Shown: positions 27,548 through 37,571, numbered from the stretch's first letter. The stretch: 64,000 nt of DNA from an uncultured Bacteroidales bacterium (GCA_963732435.1 CAVSZL010000006.1:402579-466578); one strand, 5' to 3'. Numbers and translations: made by a program. The notes: generated by a model from the sequence alone, not told the origin.

Positions 27548-28429
27548 TCAGGAGTTCAGTCGGTCAAATACTCCTAAAATGCGCTCCATCTCTTCCTGTG
27601 TCTCAAAAGGGATTACAATTTTCCCCTTGCCGTTTTCATTTATTCTGAAGTTAATCTTTGTTGAAAATATTTTATTCAAATGGTCTGATAGCTGATTAAA
27701 GTCGCTGGAGAGTCTTTTCTTCTTTTCAATTTTTCCGGGATCCTTGACCTTTTCAGATTGAAGTTGCCGTACAAGCTCTTCAGCCTGCCGTACAGAAAGT
27801 TCGCCATCAATTATTTTATAAAATATATTGATTTGTCGCTTGGGATCCTCAATATTTACTAATGTCCGGGCATGACCCATCATCAGATGCTTATTCTTTA
27901 TACCAAGCTGGATTTCAGCAGGCAGTTTAAGCAATCTCAGGTAATTTGCTACTGTTGATCGTTGTTTTCCAACTCTTTCGCTCAATTGTTCCTGTGTAAG
28001 TTTACACTCTTCAATCAGACGTTGAAAACTAATTGCAACCTCAACAGCATCAAGGTCTTCACGTTGAATATTTTCAACAAGTGCAAGCTCCAGCATCGCC
28101 TGATCGTCGGCGGTTCTGATATATGCAGGAACATGAGTTAATCCGGCACGGCGGGCTGCTCTTAGTCGTCTCTCCCCGGCAATTAACTGATATCTGCCAC
28201 TTCCTACTTCGCGTACAGTAAGAGGCTGTACAATTCCAAGTTTCCTGATTGAAGCAGCAAGTTCTTCAAGAGACTGCTCATCAAAGGTTGTCCTCGGCTG
28301 ATAAGGATTGGCCTCTATAGAATCTATTGCTATATCCTGATTTGCCTCAACCTTTTTTTCAAGAACCTCTTTTTCCACTCCATCGATAAGTGCCCCCAAA
28401 CCTCTTCCCAAAGCATTCTTTTTTATCAT
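27548..28429 (-). CDS. parB: Chromosome partitioning protein ParB/Spo0J
   Basis: 'ALGRGLGALI', the arginine patch 'GERRLRAARRAG' and an HTH segment. Confidence 0.9.
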   Translation of the reverse strand: MIKKNALGRGLGALIDGVEKEVLEKKVEANQDIAIDSIEANPYQPRTTFDEQSLEELAASIRKLGIVQPLTVREVGSGRYQLIAGERRLRAARRAGLTHVPAYIRTADDQAMLELALVENIQREDLDAVEVAISFQRLIEECKLTQEQLSERVGKQRSTVANYLRLLKLPAEIQLGIKNKHLMMGHARTLVNIEDPKRQINIFYKIIDGELSVRQAEELVRQLQSEKVKDPGKIEKKKRLSSDFNQLSDHLNKIFSTKINFRINENGKGKIVIPFETQEEMERILGVFDRLNS

Positions 28430-28465
28430 ATTCGATCCTGTTTACCGGTGTAAGAATAGTTTTTA

Positions 28466-29242
28466 TCAGTTTACCCGTACTTCTGTCTTCTCGATCAACT
28501 CTTTCGCCAGATCCAGATAATTAATTGTCCCTCTCGAATCTGCATCATAAAGTATTGCCGGCTGACCAAAACTCGGTGCTTCAGATAGTTTCACATTCCT
28601 CTGAATAACAGTTTTAAAAACCATTTGCTGAAAATGCTTGTTAACCTCATCAGATACCTGGTTCGAGAGTCTTAAACGACTATCAAACATAGTCAGAAGA
28701 AATCCCTCGATCTCAAGCTCCGGGTTAAGATTGTTCTGAATGATCTTTATTGTGTTCAGCAGTTTGCCAAGACCTTCCAGTGCAAAATACTCACACTGTA
28801 CTGGAATAATAACTGAATCAGCCGCCGTAAGTGCATTTACTGTCAGCAAACCAAGCGAAGGAGAACAATCTATAAGAATATAATCATAGTTGTTCACAAT
28901 TTTCTGCAGAACTACTTTAAGTATCTTCTCTCTCTCAGGTCGCTCAAGCATCTCAATTTCAGCACCTACCAGGTCAATATTAGAGGGCATTACCGACAGA
29001 TTTTCAATTTCACAATTAATCAATGCCTCTGCAGGTTCTTTACCATCAATCAGGCAATCATAAATTGTGCTTCTTATCTGCCTGGTATCAATACCTATTC
29101 CTGATGTAGCATTTGCCTGTGGATCCCCATCAACTATCAGCACCTTCTTCTCAAGAGCAGCCAGACTTGCTGCCAGATTAATTGCTGTTGTTGTTTTCCC
29201 AACGCCGCCTTTCTGATTCGCAATTGCTATTATCCTTCCCAT
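28466..29242 (-). CDS. parA: Chromosome partitioning ATPase ParA/Soj
   Basis: Deviant Walker A '[14 protein letters not shown]'; 258 aa; upstream of parB. Confidence 0.9.
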   Translation of the reverse strand: MGRIIAIANQKGGVGKTTTAINLAASLAALEKKVLIVDGDPQANATSGIGIDTRQIRSTIYDCLIDGKEPAEALINCEIENLSVMPSNIDLVGAEIEMLERPEREKILKVVLQKIVNNYDYILIDCSPSLGLLTVNALTAADSVIIPVQCEYFALEGLGKLLNTIKIIQNNLNPELEIEGFLLTMFDSRLRLSNQVSDEVNKHFQQMVFKTVIQRNVKLSEAPSFGQPAILYDADSRGTINYLDLAKELIEKTEVRVN

Positions 29243-29602
29243 TATTTCCTAAGTTATTGAGTTATATTTTGAGTTTCAAATTTACTACTTATGAGCCACT
29301 GCTGCCGGAAGTAAAACATGTAATTGTAAACATTTTTTTTGTGGTTTTCAACACTTTATTAACATTGATTTTTATTTATTATTCATAATAGCTGCTGATC
29401 TTATTATAACTAAACAGCGCGTTCCAATCTATTATAAAACAATCGTCTTTCCGGACTAACAAAATGATAATCAACACTAAAGTATTTGTGTTATCATATT
29501 TCAATCACTATTCTTATGCAAATAATCAGAAGTGAAACAAATCTGCATATTAAATATTTGTTTATTATTTACATCTTTGTCTGCCACCTAACGATTTGTA
29601 AA

Positions 29603-30562
29603 ATGTATCCAAATTCTGTAAGTAATGAATGGCTGGTTATTGTAAATCCTAATGCCGGTAATGGAAAAGGGAAAAAGGACTGGGAGACCATAGCTGCTAT
29701 TTTAAAAAAAGAGAACATAACATTCAGGGTGAACTTCACAGAAAGGAAAGGGCACGCAATTGCCTATACAGTTGAGGGAATTAAGGCAGGTCACAGAAGA
29801 ATAATAACAGTAGGTGGCGACGGAACCCTTAATGAAGTTGTAAACGGGGCTTTTTTAAACAAAACCTGCCCGACAACTGATATCTCTCTCGGACTGATTC
29901 CTGTCGGAACAGGTAATGACTGGGGAAGAATGTTCGGAATTCCACTCGACTATAACAGGGCAATTGAAATAATAAGGGAGAACAGGCAGATGTTACATGA
30001 TGTGGGATTGATAAGCTTTTATAACGGAACAGAAAAAAAAGAAAGGTATTTCATTAATATAGCAGGATTAGGCTTTGAGTCGGCAGTTGTTATGAGAACT
30101 AACAAACAGAAGGATCTGGGGCGCGGTGGAAAACTGATCTATTTTTATAACCTTCTGATAAGTTTGCTTTCATATAAAAACACCAGGGCTGAAATAGAAA
30201 TTGACGGGCAAAAAACATATGCGGATATTTTCTCATTAAATGTCGGAAACGGCATTTATTGCGGCGGAGGTATGAGACAAACTCCTGATGCCCTGCCAGA
30301 TGATGGCTTGCTTGATATGACAGTTATAAACGGGATGGGAAAACTAGAGATAATCCGGAACCTTAAAATTCTTTACGACGGAACCATCTTAAAACATCCA
30401 AAAATAAACGGGTATAAATGTAAAAGAATTAAAGTCAGCTCCGATAGTGATATATACAGTGAGGCTGACGGAGAATCACTTGGTCATACTCCGGTGGAAT
30501 TCAGCATAATTCCTGCCGGTATTAATATAATCTTTGGAACCAGGATCAATCAACAGGCCTGA
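29603..30562 (+). CDS. Diacylglycerol-kinase-family lipid kinase (YegS/BmrU-like)
   Basis: 'GGDGTLNEVVNG' and 'IPVGTGNDW'. ATG at 29603 preferred to the TTG-extended ORF at 29486. Confidence 0.8.
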   Translation: MYPNSVSNEWLVIVNPNAGNGKGKKDWETIAAILKKENITFRVNFTERKGHAIAYTVEGIKAGHRRIITVGGDGTLNEVVNGAFLNKTCPTTDISLGLIPVGTGNDWGRMFGIPLDYNRAIEIIRENRQMLHDVGLISFYNGTEKKERYFINIAGLGFESAVVMRTNKQKDLGRGGKLIYFYNLLISLLSYKNTRAEIEIDGQKTYADIFSLNVGNGIYCGGGMRQTPDALPDDGLLDMTVINGMGKLEIIRNLKILYDGTILKHPKINGYKCKRIKVSSDSDIYSEADGESLGHTPVEFSIIPAGINIIFGTRINQQA

Positions 30563-31667
30563 TCTCAAACAGCTTAGGCCATCTTTTTCCTGTTATAAAG
30601 ATTCTTTTTCCTGCTTTATCGTAGGCAATCCCATTCAGGACATCAGTGTCATATTGTTTATCTGCTTCAGGCAGGATCCCTTTCAAATTAATGTACGACA
30701 GCACCTTCCCGCTAACAGGATCTATCCTTGCAATTAGGTCGCTCATCCAGATATTTGCCCAGATCTCACCATCAATATATTCAAGCTCATTCAGCGAATC
30801 AATCTTCTGTTCATTATCATAAACCTCTATTTGTGAAGTAACTGTAAACATCTCAGGTTCATAAAAATAAAGAGTATTCGTGCCATCGCTCATTACAATT
30901 TTATCATTCATGGTAGTAAGACCCCAACCCTCTGTGGAATAATAGGTTTTATTCAATACCTTAAAAGTTTGTTTTTCATAAATGAAACCAACCTTATTTC
31001 TCCATGTAACCTGATAAATACGGTCGCGATAGAGCGCAATTCCTTCTCCGAACAATGAAGCATCGAGATTTATCTGCCTTCTTATGTTTCCTGTTTCCAG
31101 TTCAACCTCTCTCAGACTCGACCCTGTCTCCTGTCCTGTTCCTTCATATAACACTCCATTGTCATATACCAACCCCTGCGTGAAAGCATCCCTGCTATGA
31201 GGGTAAGTTTTAACCACTTTATACCCTAATTTTTTTGGAACAATATCTGAATAGATGATCATAAAACGTGTAACAGTAGTGTGGGCTTTTCCTGCTTTAT
31301 AGGCAGTTGCTTTAAGCGATTTTCTTCCTGTTGTAACAGTATAAGAAGATGGAACTGAAAACTCCCATGGCTCTGATTTAATAGTAGTTACATGATGGCC
31401 ATTGAAATTAATAAGAACCGAATCAGGAAGATTATTTCTGCCGGCAACAGCAAGCACCACTTTTACCTGATCCCTGAGTTTGAAAGCAGTGTTCTCCTCG
31501 GGAGAGATCATCTTTATCAGTTTAACTGCAAGTTCACCGGAGGATCCTGGAGATACACTAACCGTAGATTCACCATTCTTTTCCGGCTTGCCTGAACACG
31601 ATATGGTCCAGACAATCAGAATAATCACAAAAAGTGAAACAAAATATCTGGTAAAATTAACTTTCAT
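30546..31667 (-). CDS. Glutaminyl-peptide cyclotransferase (beta-propeller, plant/bacterial type) lipoprotein with an N-terminal Ig-like domain
   Basis: 'FTQGLVYDNGVLYEGTGQ' and repeated propeller blades. Lipobox-like 'TISCSG'. Confidence 0.7.
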   Translation of the reverse strand: MKVNFTRYFVSLFVIILIVWTISCSGKPEKNGESTVSVSPGSSGELAVKLIKMISPEENTAFKLRDQVKVVLAVAGRNNLPDSVLINFNGHHVTTIKSEPWEFSVPSSYTVTTGRKSLKATAYKAGKAHTTVTRFMIIYSDIVPKKLGYKVVKTYPHSRDAFTQGLVYDNGVLYEGTGQETGSSLREVELETGNIRRQINLDASLFGEGIALYRDRIYQVTWRNKVGFIYEKQTFKVLNKTYYSTEGWGLTTMNDKIVMSDGTNTLYFYEPEMFTVTSQIEVYDNEQKIDSLNELEYIDGEIWANIWMSDLIARIDPVSGKVLSYINLKGILPEADKQYDTDVLNGIAYDKAGKRIFITGKRWPKLFEIRPVD

Positions 31668-32109
31668 CTTCTCCGGACTTCTTATTAAATATTCGTTTTA
31701 TCAAACTCCTTTTTGCCGATGATATTTTCTTTTCAGCTTCCATCTGCTGAAGTTCGTATGGATTAAGAATCTGCCATATACCGCTCCAACCTGGAAATCC
31801 TCCGATATTTCTGTCATCAATGAAGATATCTGCATCTATTTTACGGCTTATGGTTTCATCAAATATCTCTTCGGGATAACTTCTATTAACGGCATAAAAC
31901 TCGATCCCGTTCTTCCTGCAAAATTCCACTGCCTCATCAAGTTCCTTACCTGCACGGAATGTCCAAAGTATTAATCTTGCACCTTTTTTTTCGAGCTCCT
32001 TCAATGTGCGGAATGCAAAAAGGTTCTCCTTACCGATTTCAGGATACATGTGTTCAACAATAGTCCCATCAAAATCGACAGCAATCTTTACATTTCTAAG
32101 ATCAATCAT
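31657..32109 (-). CDS. Small HAD-superfamily-like hydrolase
   Basis: The N-terminal 'IAVDFDGTI' matches HAD motif I (DxDGT). 150 aa. Overlaps the cyclase gene by 11 nt. Confidence 0.5.
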   Translation of the reverse strand: MIDLRNVKIAVDFDGTIVEHMYPEIGKENLFAFRTLKELEKKGARLILWTFRAGKELDEAVEFCRKNGIEFYAVNRSYPEEIFDETISRKIDADIFIDDRNIGGFPGWSGIWQILNPYELQQMEAEKKISSAKRSLIKRIFNKKSGEDES

Positions 32110-32128
32110 CTTTTATCAATAATTGATG

Positions 32129-32136
32129 CAAATCTA
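32129..32136 (-). promoter_or_regulatory. Candidate -7 box TAGATTTG, 19 nt before the HAD-like gene ATG
   Basis: Exact TAnnTTTG match on the minus strand in the intergenic region. Confidence 0.4.
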
Positions 32137-32270
32137 ATAATTATGATGAAGATTTGCTAAAAGCCCTGATAAGATCAAAATCATTTATAAATGGAAACAT
32201 ATATACTTTCACAAATAGCAAATTTTATCTTAAATTTACTTCCCTTCTGAATATACCATATTTTAGTATT

Positions 32271-32996
32271 ATGACTAAACATATCCCGAATTTTATTACT
32301 TCCCTGAACCTCGTTTCAGGATTTATTTCAATAATATTTATCGCCAGCGGAGATATAGTGACCGGATGCTGGCTTATCCTTGCTGCAATGATCTTTGATT
32401 TTATGGATGGCTTTTCAGCCAGATTACTGAAAGCTTATTCCACTGTTGGTAAGGAACTTGACAGCCTTGCTGATGTTGTTAGCTTCGGTGTTGCCCCTGC
32501 ATTTATCATCTATAAGATGGTTATTGATTCTGTTCCGATGACTTCAGGTTATCCTCTTAATCCAATCACCGCTCTTTCAGTTATTATACTGATAATTACA
32601 GCCTTAATGCCCGTCTGCGCTGCTTTGCGACTTGCAATTTTTAATCTGGATGAAACCCAGACAACAACATTCAGGGGATTGCCTACTCCGGCAAATGCAC
32701 TGGCAGTAATATCGGTCATATTAGCAAATCACTTTTCCGATTCAGCAATTTTCTCCTCAATTACCGGATCGCCTGTAATCCTGATATTTTTTACCGTTAT
32801 CTTATCTCTTATGATGGTAAGCAGAATACCATTAATTTCCCTCAAGTTCTCTGACCTGAAATTTAAGGGTAATGAGAGCAGATACATTCTTATTGTATCA
32901 GTCCTGCTCTCAATTATAATACTTGGTATTGCAGGAGCTTCCCTGGTTATACCGCTATATATAGCTGTATCCCTGCTGTCACCGTATTTTGACTAA
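32271..32996 (+). CDS. pssA: CDP-diacylglycerol--serine O-phosphatidyltransferase
   Basis: CDP-alcohol phosphatidyltransferase motif 'DFMDGFSARLL...GKELDSLADVVSFG'. ATG at 32271 preferred to the upstream TTG. Confidence 0.85.
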   Translation: MTKHIPNFITSLNLVSGFISIIFIASGDIVTGCWLILAAMIFDFMDGFSARLLKAYSTVGKELDSLADVVSFGVAPAFIIYKMVIDSVPMTSGYPLNPITALSVIILIITALMPVCAALRLAIFNLDETQTTTFRGLPTPANALAVISVILANHFSDSAIFSSITGSPVILIFFTVILSLMMVSRIPLISLKFSDLKFKGNESRYILIVSVLLSIIILGIAGASLVIPLYIAVSLLSPYFD

Positions 32997-32999
32997 AAG

Positions 33000-33116
33000 T
33001 TATTTCTCCTCCGGGAAGTTTTTCTCGTATAAAGAAAGGGCAAATCTTACTGCATACCAGCTTAACACTATAAAGCCGGGCCAGATCAGGTATTGAATAA
33101 TTTCGCTTATATACAT
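33000..33116 (-). CDS. Unannotated 38-aa single-TM small ORF downstream of cydB (MYISEIIQYLIWPGFIVLSWYAVRFALSLYEKNFPEEK)
   Basis: Hand translation. One hydrophobic helix followed by a charged tail. Same strand as cydAB. An A-rich heptad leader directly precedes the ATG. It is below the size cutoff of the ORF track. Confidence 0.35.
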   Translation of the reverse strand: MYISEIIQYLIWPGFIVLSWYAVRFALSLYEKNFPEEK

Positions 33117-33138
33117 TTCTTTTTGTCTTTTGTCTTTA
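33117..33138 (-). repeat. A-rich heptad repeat (TAAAGAC AAAAGAC AAAAAGAA) abutting the small-ORF ATG
   Basis: Read directly from the minus strand. It resembles the repeat at 18204..18238. Confidence 0.7.
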
Positions 33139-33222
33139 TTAATCTTGCTTGTAATAATATCAGGCAACAGGTTGTTTTTTACTTTTTTTCAATTTAACCT
33201 TTACCTGTAAAGACTAATCCTG

Positions 33223-34353
33223 TTAGTATTTATGTTCATCCGATTTCAACTCTTCATCAGTGATTTTAGTATTATTTATTGCAGCCCATGCATACCAGAT
33301 ATACGCTAAAACCAATGGGATAATAAATGAAACATACATCATGGTTTTTAATGTAAATGGGCTGGAAGATGCATTGTAAATAGTAAGGGAACTTTGCATA
33401 TCGAATGTCGATGGATAAAAAGATGTTCCATTGAAACCGGCAATAAGAAACAATGAAAACACGGCAAGAATTGTACCTACCCCGGTAAACCAGATACCGT
33501 TGGTGCTTTTTTTAAATACTGAAGTTCCAATTCCGAACAGAACACCAATTACTCCGGCCAGAAAAATAATAAGCACAAGAGGCATCTGGATAAAATTATG
33601 GAAGTATTTAAATTTCTCAGCAGTTACAGAACCTGTGGCAGGGTCTGCAGCAAAACCTGTTGACATTAAAAGCGATATTACAAAAAAGAGGAAGAAAATC
33701 AGGAAAAGGATCGAGTTCAGAATCAATTTCTTTCCTGATAATTTAATTAGTTGCTCATCATCAATTGTATTGATAATGTACAACATACCATTGATTCTGG
33801 TAAGGAATAGCACAGCCATCCCTAAGGCCAGGTTTCTTATGTTCAGCAAAGATTCCAGTCCATACCATCGTGTTGCCCACTCGACCTGGTTCATATCGTT
33901 AAGGCTGAACTGTGAGCCTGTAAAGAATGTGGCGACTGCAACACCGATAAGGAAAGGACCTAATGATCCGTTAAGGAAGAGAAAAACATCAAAAGTGTTT
34001 TGTCCGAATATATTGTTGGGTTTGGAACGGAATTCATAAGCAACTGCCTGAATAATAAAATTGAACAGGATTGCGATCCAAACCCAGTAGGCTCCTCCGA
34101 AACTGGTTGCATAAAAAAGCGGAAATGAGGCAAAGAATGCACCACCAAATGTAACCAATGTGGTAAATGTAAACTCCCATTTACGACCCATGGCATTAAC
34201 TATCATAGATTTCTGAATATCGCTCTTAGGAAGAGAAAAGATAAGCGATTGCCCCCCCTGTACAAACATAAGGAAGACAAGCAGACTGGCCAGGACTGAA
34301 ACTATAATCCACCAATAATGCTGCAGGAACATGTAAGATATCATTGTTGTCAT
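33223..34353 (-). CDS. cydB: Cytochrome bd ubiquinol/menaquinol oxidase subunit II
   Basis: 376 aa polytopic membrane protein directly downstream of cydA. Confidence 0.85.
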   Translation of the reverse strand: MTTMISYMFLQHYWWIIVSVLASLLVFLMFVQGGQSLIFSLPKSDIQKSMIVNAMGRKWEFTFTTLVTFGGAFFASFPLFYATSFGGAYWVWIAILFNFIIQAVAYEFRSKPNNIFGQNTFDVFLFLNGSLGPFLIGVAVATFFTGSQFSLNDMNQVEWATRWYGLESLLNIRNLALGMAVLFLTRINGMLYIINTIDDEQLIKLSGKKLILNSILFLIFFLFFVISLLMSTGFAADPATGSVTAEKFKYFHNFIQMPLVLIIFLAGVIGVLFGIGTSVFKKSTNGIWFTGVGTILAVFSLFLIAGFNGTSFYPSTFDMQSSLTIYNASSSPFTLKTMMYVSFIIPLVLAYIWYAWAAINNTKITDEELKSDEHKY

Positions 34354-34365
34354 ATTATAATCCTC

Positions 34366-35922
34366 CTAATGCTTGGGTCCGGTTTTTATTTGTTTCAACA
34401 TAATTGATATTTCCGCAATGAGCAGTGCAGTGAAAAGAACCGCAAAGAGAATAAAGGTTGTCATCACTGTACCGGAAGTGATTTTTGATACACCTGATGA
34501 GACAGCCATAAGATCCTGAATTATCCAGGGTTGCCGTCCCATTTCTGCCAACACCCAGCCAAGTTCGCTCGAAATATATGTAAGTGGTATTGCCAGCAGG
34601 GCGATCCATAGAAACCATCGGTTACTTGTAATTGTTCCCCTGAAAAGGAAGTAGAGAGCAAGGGCAAAGATCAGGATAAAAGTGAAACCAAGGATCACCA
34701 TCAGATGAAAGGAATAAAACGAAATAGTCACACTTGGGATGGCATCTTCAGGTTTATCCAGGGAGGCATAACCAAAATATCTGAAATAGTTCTCCTGGAA
34801 TTCTTTGGCTTGAAAAATACTTTTTATAGAATCAATCTTCTGAGTATCATTAGCAACTTTTGCTTTCTTAAAATCAACCAGTACATCTTTTGCATACAGG
34901 CCTCTTAGAATTTTCTCATTAACAGATAATAGTCCCATCTTCTCATTTCCCGAAATAAGATCGTTGAGTCCGTGCACATACGCTTCTCTGTCGCCCGCGG
35001 TAAGAACAGACAGCAAGCCCGGGATCTCAATTTTGACAGCAAAATCTTTCACCTCTTTCTCTCCAATCTTCTTATCACTGTCCTTCAGAATACCTACTGC
35101 AATCAATCCTGCATTACTTTTACCTTCGTACAATGCTTCCATGGCTGCAAATTTTACCGGTTGCACTTTTGCAATAGTTCTGGCACTCTGATCACCTGTA
35201 TATGCTACCATTAGTGATGCCAGAAGTCCGAAAACACCGGCTACCAGTATGCTTCTTTTCGCCATAAGCTCTTCTCTCTTCCTGATCAGGAACCAGGAAC
35301 TGATTCCCACAACGAACATTGATGCAAGCAAATAACCCGAAGATACTGTATGCAGAAACTTATCAACAGCAACCTGATTAAAAAGCACGGTCCAGAAACT
35401 TACCATCTCATTCCTTGCTGTTTCCGGGTTAAAAGTCATCCCGACAGGATTCTGCATCCATGCATTTGCAACAAGGATCCAGAGTGCTGACAGGTTTGAT
35501 CCGAATGCCACAAGCCATGTAGATGCAAGATGAAATTTCTTACTTACCTTATTCCATCCAAAAAACATAACTGCAACAAAAGTAGATTCAAGGAAAAAGG
35601 CCAGGATACCCTCAATTGCCAGTGGAGCACCAAATATATCCCCTACAAACCATGAATAACTTGACCAGTTTGTTCCAAACTCAAATTCAAGAATTATGCC
35701 TGTAGCAACCCCAATGGCAAAATTAATTCCGAAAAGAGTCATCCAGAAACGTGTAATCCGTTTCCATTCTTCATTTCCTGTCCTGACATAAATTGTCTCC
35801 ATTATTGCAAGGATAAAGGATAATCCAAGCGTCAGTGGTACAAATATCCAGTGGTACATAGCTGTCAGGGCAAATTGTGCCCGTGACCAGTCCACAAGAG
35901 TAAGATCGACATTTTCAATCAT
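34366..35922 (-). CDS. cydA: Cytochrome bd oxidase subunit I
   Basis: 'AMYHWIFVPLTLG' and 'GRQPWIIQDLM'; 518 aa including a long Q-loop. Confidence 0.9.
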   Translation of the reverse strand: MIENVDLTLVDWSRAQFALTAMYHWIFVPLTLGLSFILAIMETIYVRTGNEEWKRITRFWMTLFGINFAIGVATGIILEFEFGTNWSSYSWFVGDIFGAPLAIEGILAFFLESTFVAVMFFGWNKVSKKFHLASTWLVAFGSNLSALWILVANAWMQNPVGMTFNPETARNEMVSFWTVLFNQVAVDKFLHTVSSGYLLASMFVVGISSWFLIRKREELMAKRSILVAGVFGLLASLMVAYTGDQSARTIAKVQPVKFAAMEALYEGKSNAGLIAVGILKDSDKKIGEKEVKDFAVKIEIPGLLSVLTAGDREAYVHGLNDLISGNEKMGLLSVNEKILRGLYAKDVLVDFKKAKVANDTQKIDSIKSIFQAKEFQENYFRYFGYASLDKPEDAIPSVTISFYSFHLMVILGFTFILIFALALYFLFRGTITSNRWFLWIALLAIPLTYISSELGWVLAEMGRQPWIIQDLMAVSSGVSKITSGTVMTTFILFAVLFTALLIAEISIMLKQIKTGPKH

Positions 35923-36154
35923 GATTATCAGTTGAGTTAATTAATTGATCCAAAACATATTCGCTTCTCTGTTTATCACTATCGTATTCCCGCTTAAGAA
36001 AATCAGGAAAGAAGAATAGCTTTAATATTGCAAACATAATGAACAGTTTGATAATTATTATTATCCATACCCTCCGTCCCCAGTCTGACATACTCCTGAA
36101 ACCTTCATAATAGAAGAGAAAGACTTTCTGCAAAATATTTCTGGAACTTTTCAT
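35915..36154 (-). CDS. DUF4492-domain small membrane protein (conserved cydA-upstream partner in Bacteroidota)
   Basis: 79 aa, one TM, overlaps the cydA start by 8 nt. Synteny recalled from Bacteroidota genomes. Confidence 0.6.
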   Translation of the reverse strand: MKSSRNILQKVFLFYYEGFRSMSDWGRRVWIIIIIKLFIMFAILKLFFFPDFLKREYDSDKQRSEYVLDQLINSTDNHD

Positions 36155-36209
36155 TATTTAATCAAATAAAACAAAAGACTCGTAATATTTACAAATGGAT
36201 GTGTTTTAT

Positions 36210-37391
36210 TTATTTAGCATCTCTTCCGTTATCAACCTCCTCATCTTCCTTTGAAGCATGGTGAGTTTTTCTCTCCATATTTTCAGGAGAAAGGCTGGAT
36301 GTAATTTTCTGAACAGCTTTAAAATTATAAAAAAATTCTCTTGCAAAAACCCTCAATACAGTATAGGCAGGAATTCCCAATATCATTCCTGGTATGCCTG
36401 CGGCAAATCCTGCAGCAAGAACTACAACAAAGATCTCGAGAGGATGCGCTTTAACACTATTTGAAAATATTACCGGTTGAAAAATGAGATTATCAATCAG
36501 ATGGGTAACAGCCTCCACAATAACCATGTAGGTAATAAGTGGGATTACCACTGTTGTAAAATCCTGGTTCATGTGTGAAGCGACACCCATTATTATGGCA
36601 ATAAACAATCCAAGCCATGGCCCTACATAAGGAATTACATTTAGGATCCCGAGTATCAGACCCATCACCAGAGCCTGTTGAAAATCAATACCTGCTATAT
36701 ACATACCTATTGTAATCAGAATCATAATGCAGGTGCTTTGGATAACAATTCCGATAAAATATCTTGTAAGAAGTCTTTTTATTGAGTACAAAGCTCTGGT
36801 AAAATTATCACTATATTTATCCGGGACCCACATCAGTATCGATTCAAAAAACAGGTGCTGATCCTTTAGAAAGAAAAATGTTATAAAAGTTATTGAAAAA
36901 ACAGCGACCAACAGGTTTCCCAGAGTACCAAGTACTGAACCAAGAAAGTTCTGTATCATGCTGATACTCAATATTCCGGAAACTTTTTCAGCAAAATAAT
37001 CCTGAATAGAAATCTGATTTGTTATATCCTTATTAAAAATCCGTAGCAGGTTTTCAATCCTGCGAATAGGATCTTCGATCAACTGAACGATTTTCTCACT
37101 GTTAATAGTAGATAAATAATTTATCTGGGTGGTAACAAGCGGGACGAAAATTTTGAAAAACAGAATAATTACTCCCCAGATAATAATAAGTGTGATAAGG
37201 GCACTCAAAGCATGAGGAAACAGCCATTTCCCTATACGTATTTTGCAAAACAAATCAACCAGAGGTCGCCCCATAATTGACAGAACACCTGAAATAAGAA
37301 TATACACAACAATACTCCGGAAGTACCAGGCACAGAAGAGAAGAATAAGGACACCTAAAAAGATAAGAAGATTCCTTATTGTAGAGCTCAT
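36210..37391 (-). CDS. AI-2E family transporter (PerM/UPF0118)
   Basis: 393 aa, about eight TM. 'IPYVGPWLG' is typical of the family. Confidence 0.75.
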   Translation of the reverse strand: MSSTIRNLLIFLGVLILLFCAWYFRSIVVYILISGVLSIMGRPLVDLFCKIRIGKWLFPHALSALITLIIIWGVIILFFKIFVPLVTTQINYLSTINSEKIVQLIEDPIRRIENLLRIFNKDITNQISIQDYFAEKVSGILSISMIQNFLGSVLGTLGNLLVAVFSITFITFFFLKDQHLFFESILMWVPDKYSDNFTRALYSIKRLLTRYFIGIVIQSTCIMILITIGMYIAGIDFQQALVMGLILGILNVIPYVGPWLGLFIAIIMGVASHMNQDFTTVVIPLITYMVIVEAVTHLIDNLIFQPVIFSNSVKAHPLEIFVVVLAAGFAAGIPGMILGIPAYTVLRVFAREFFYNFKAVQKITSSLSPENMERKTHHASKEDEEVDNGRDAK

Positions 37392-37412
37392 TTGGGATTC
37401 AGGTTAATAATA

Positions 37413-37420
37413 CAAACCTA
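37413..37420 (-). promoter_or_regulatory. Candidate -7 box TAGGTTTG, 21 nt before the AI-2E transporter ATG
   Basis: Exact TAnnTTTG match on the minus strand. Confidence 0.4.
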
Positions 37421-37516
37421 ATCCATTTTTTTGTAATTCCCCAATAATAAACTTTATGAAAATCAATCATGGTATGGTGAAATGGCATAAAAATAAGTGA
37501 GCAAATTAACATAAGT

Positions 37517-37562
37517 GTCATTATGGCAGTTATATTTTTATTTTTATGTCATATTGGCAGTT
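37517..37562 (+). promoter_or_regulatory. Direct repeat GTCATTATGGCAGTT / GTCATATTGGCAGTT, 31 bp apart, upstream of hsp20
   Basis: Copies at 37517-37531 and 37548-37562, read directly from the sequence. Confidence 0.5.
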
Positions 37563-37571
37563 TATGTGATT

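Noticed and set aside
29243-29602. Possible oriC in the AT-rich 360-bp region upstream of parA.
   Set aside because: No convincing DnaA boxes were found; the best hit is TGTGGTTTT, 6 of 9 against TGTGGATAA. No dnaA or dnaN gene is nearby. AT-richness alone is ordinary for intergenic DNA in this genome.
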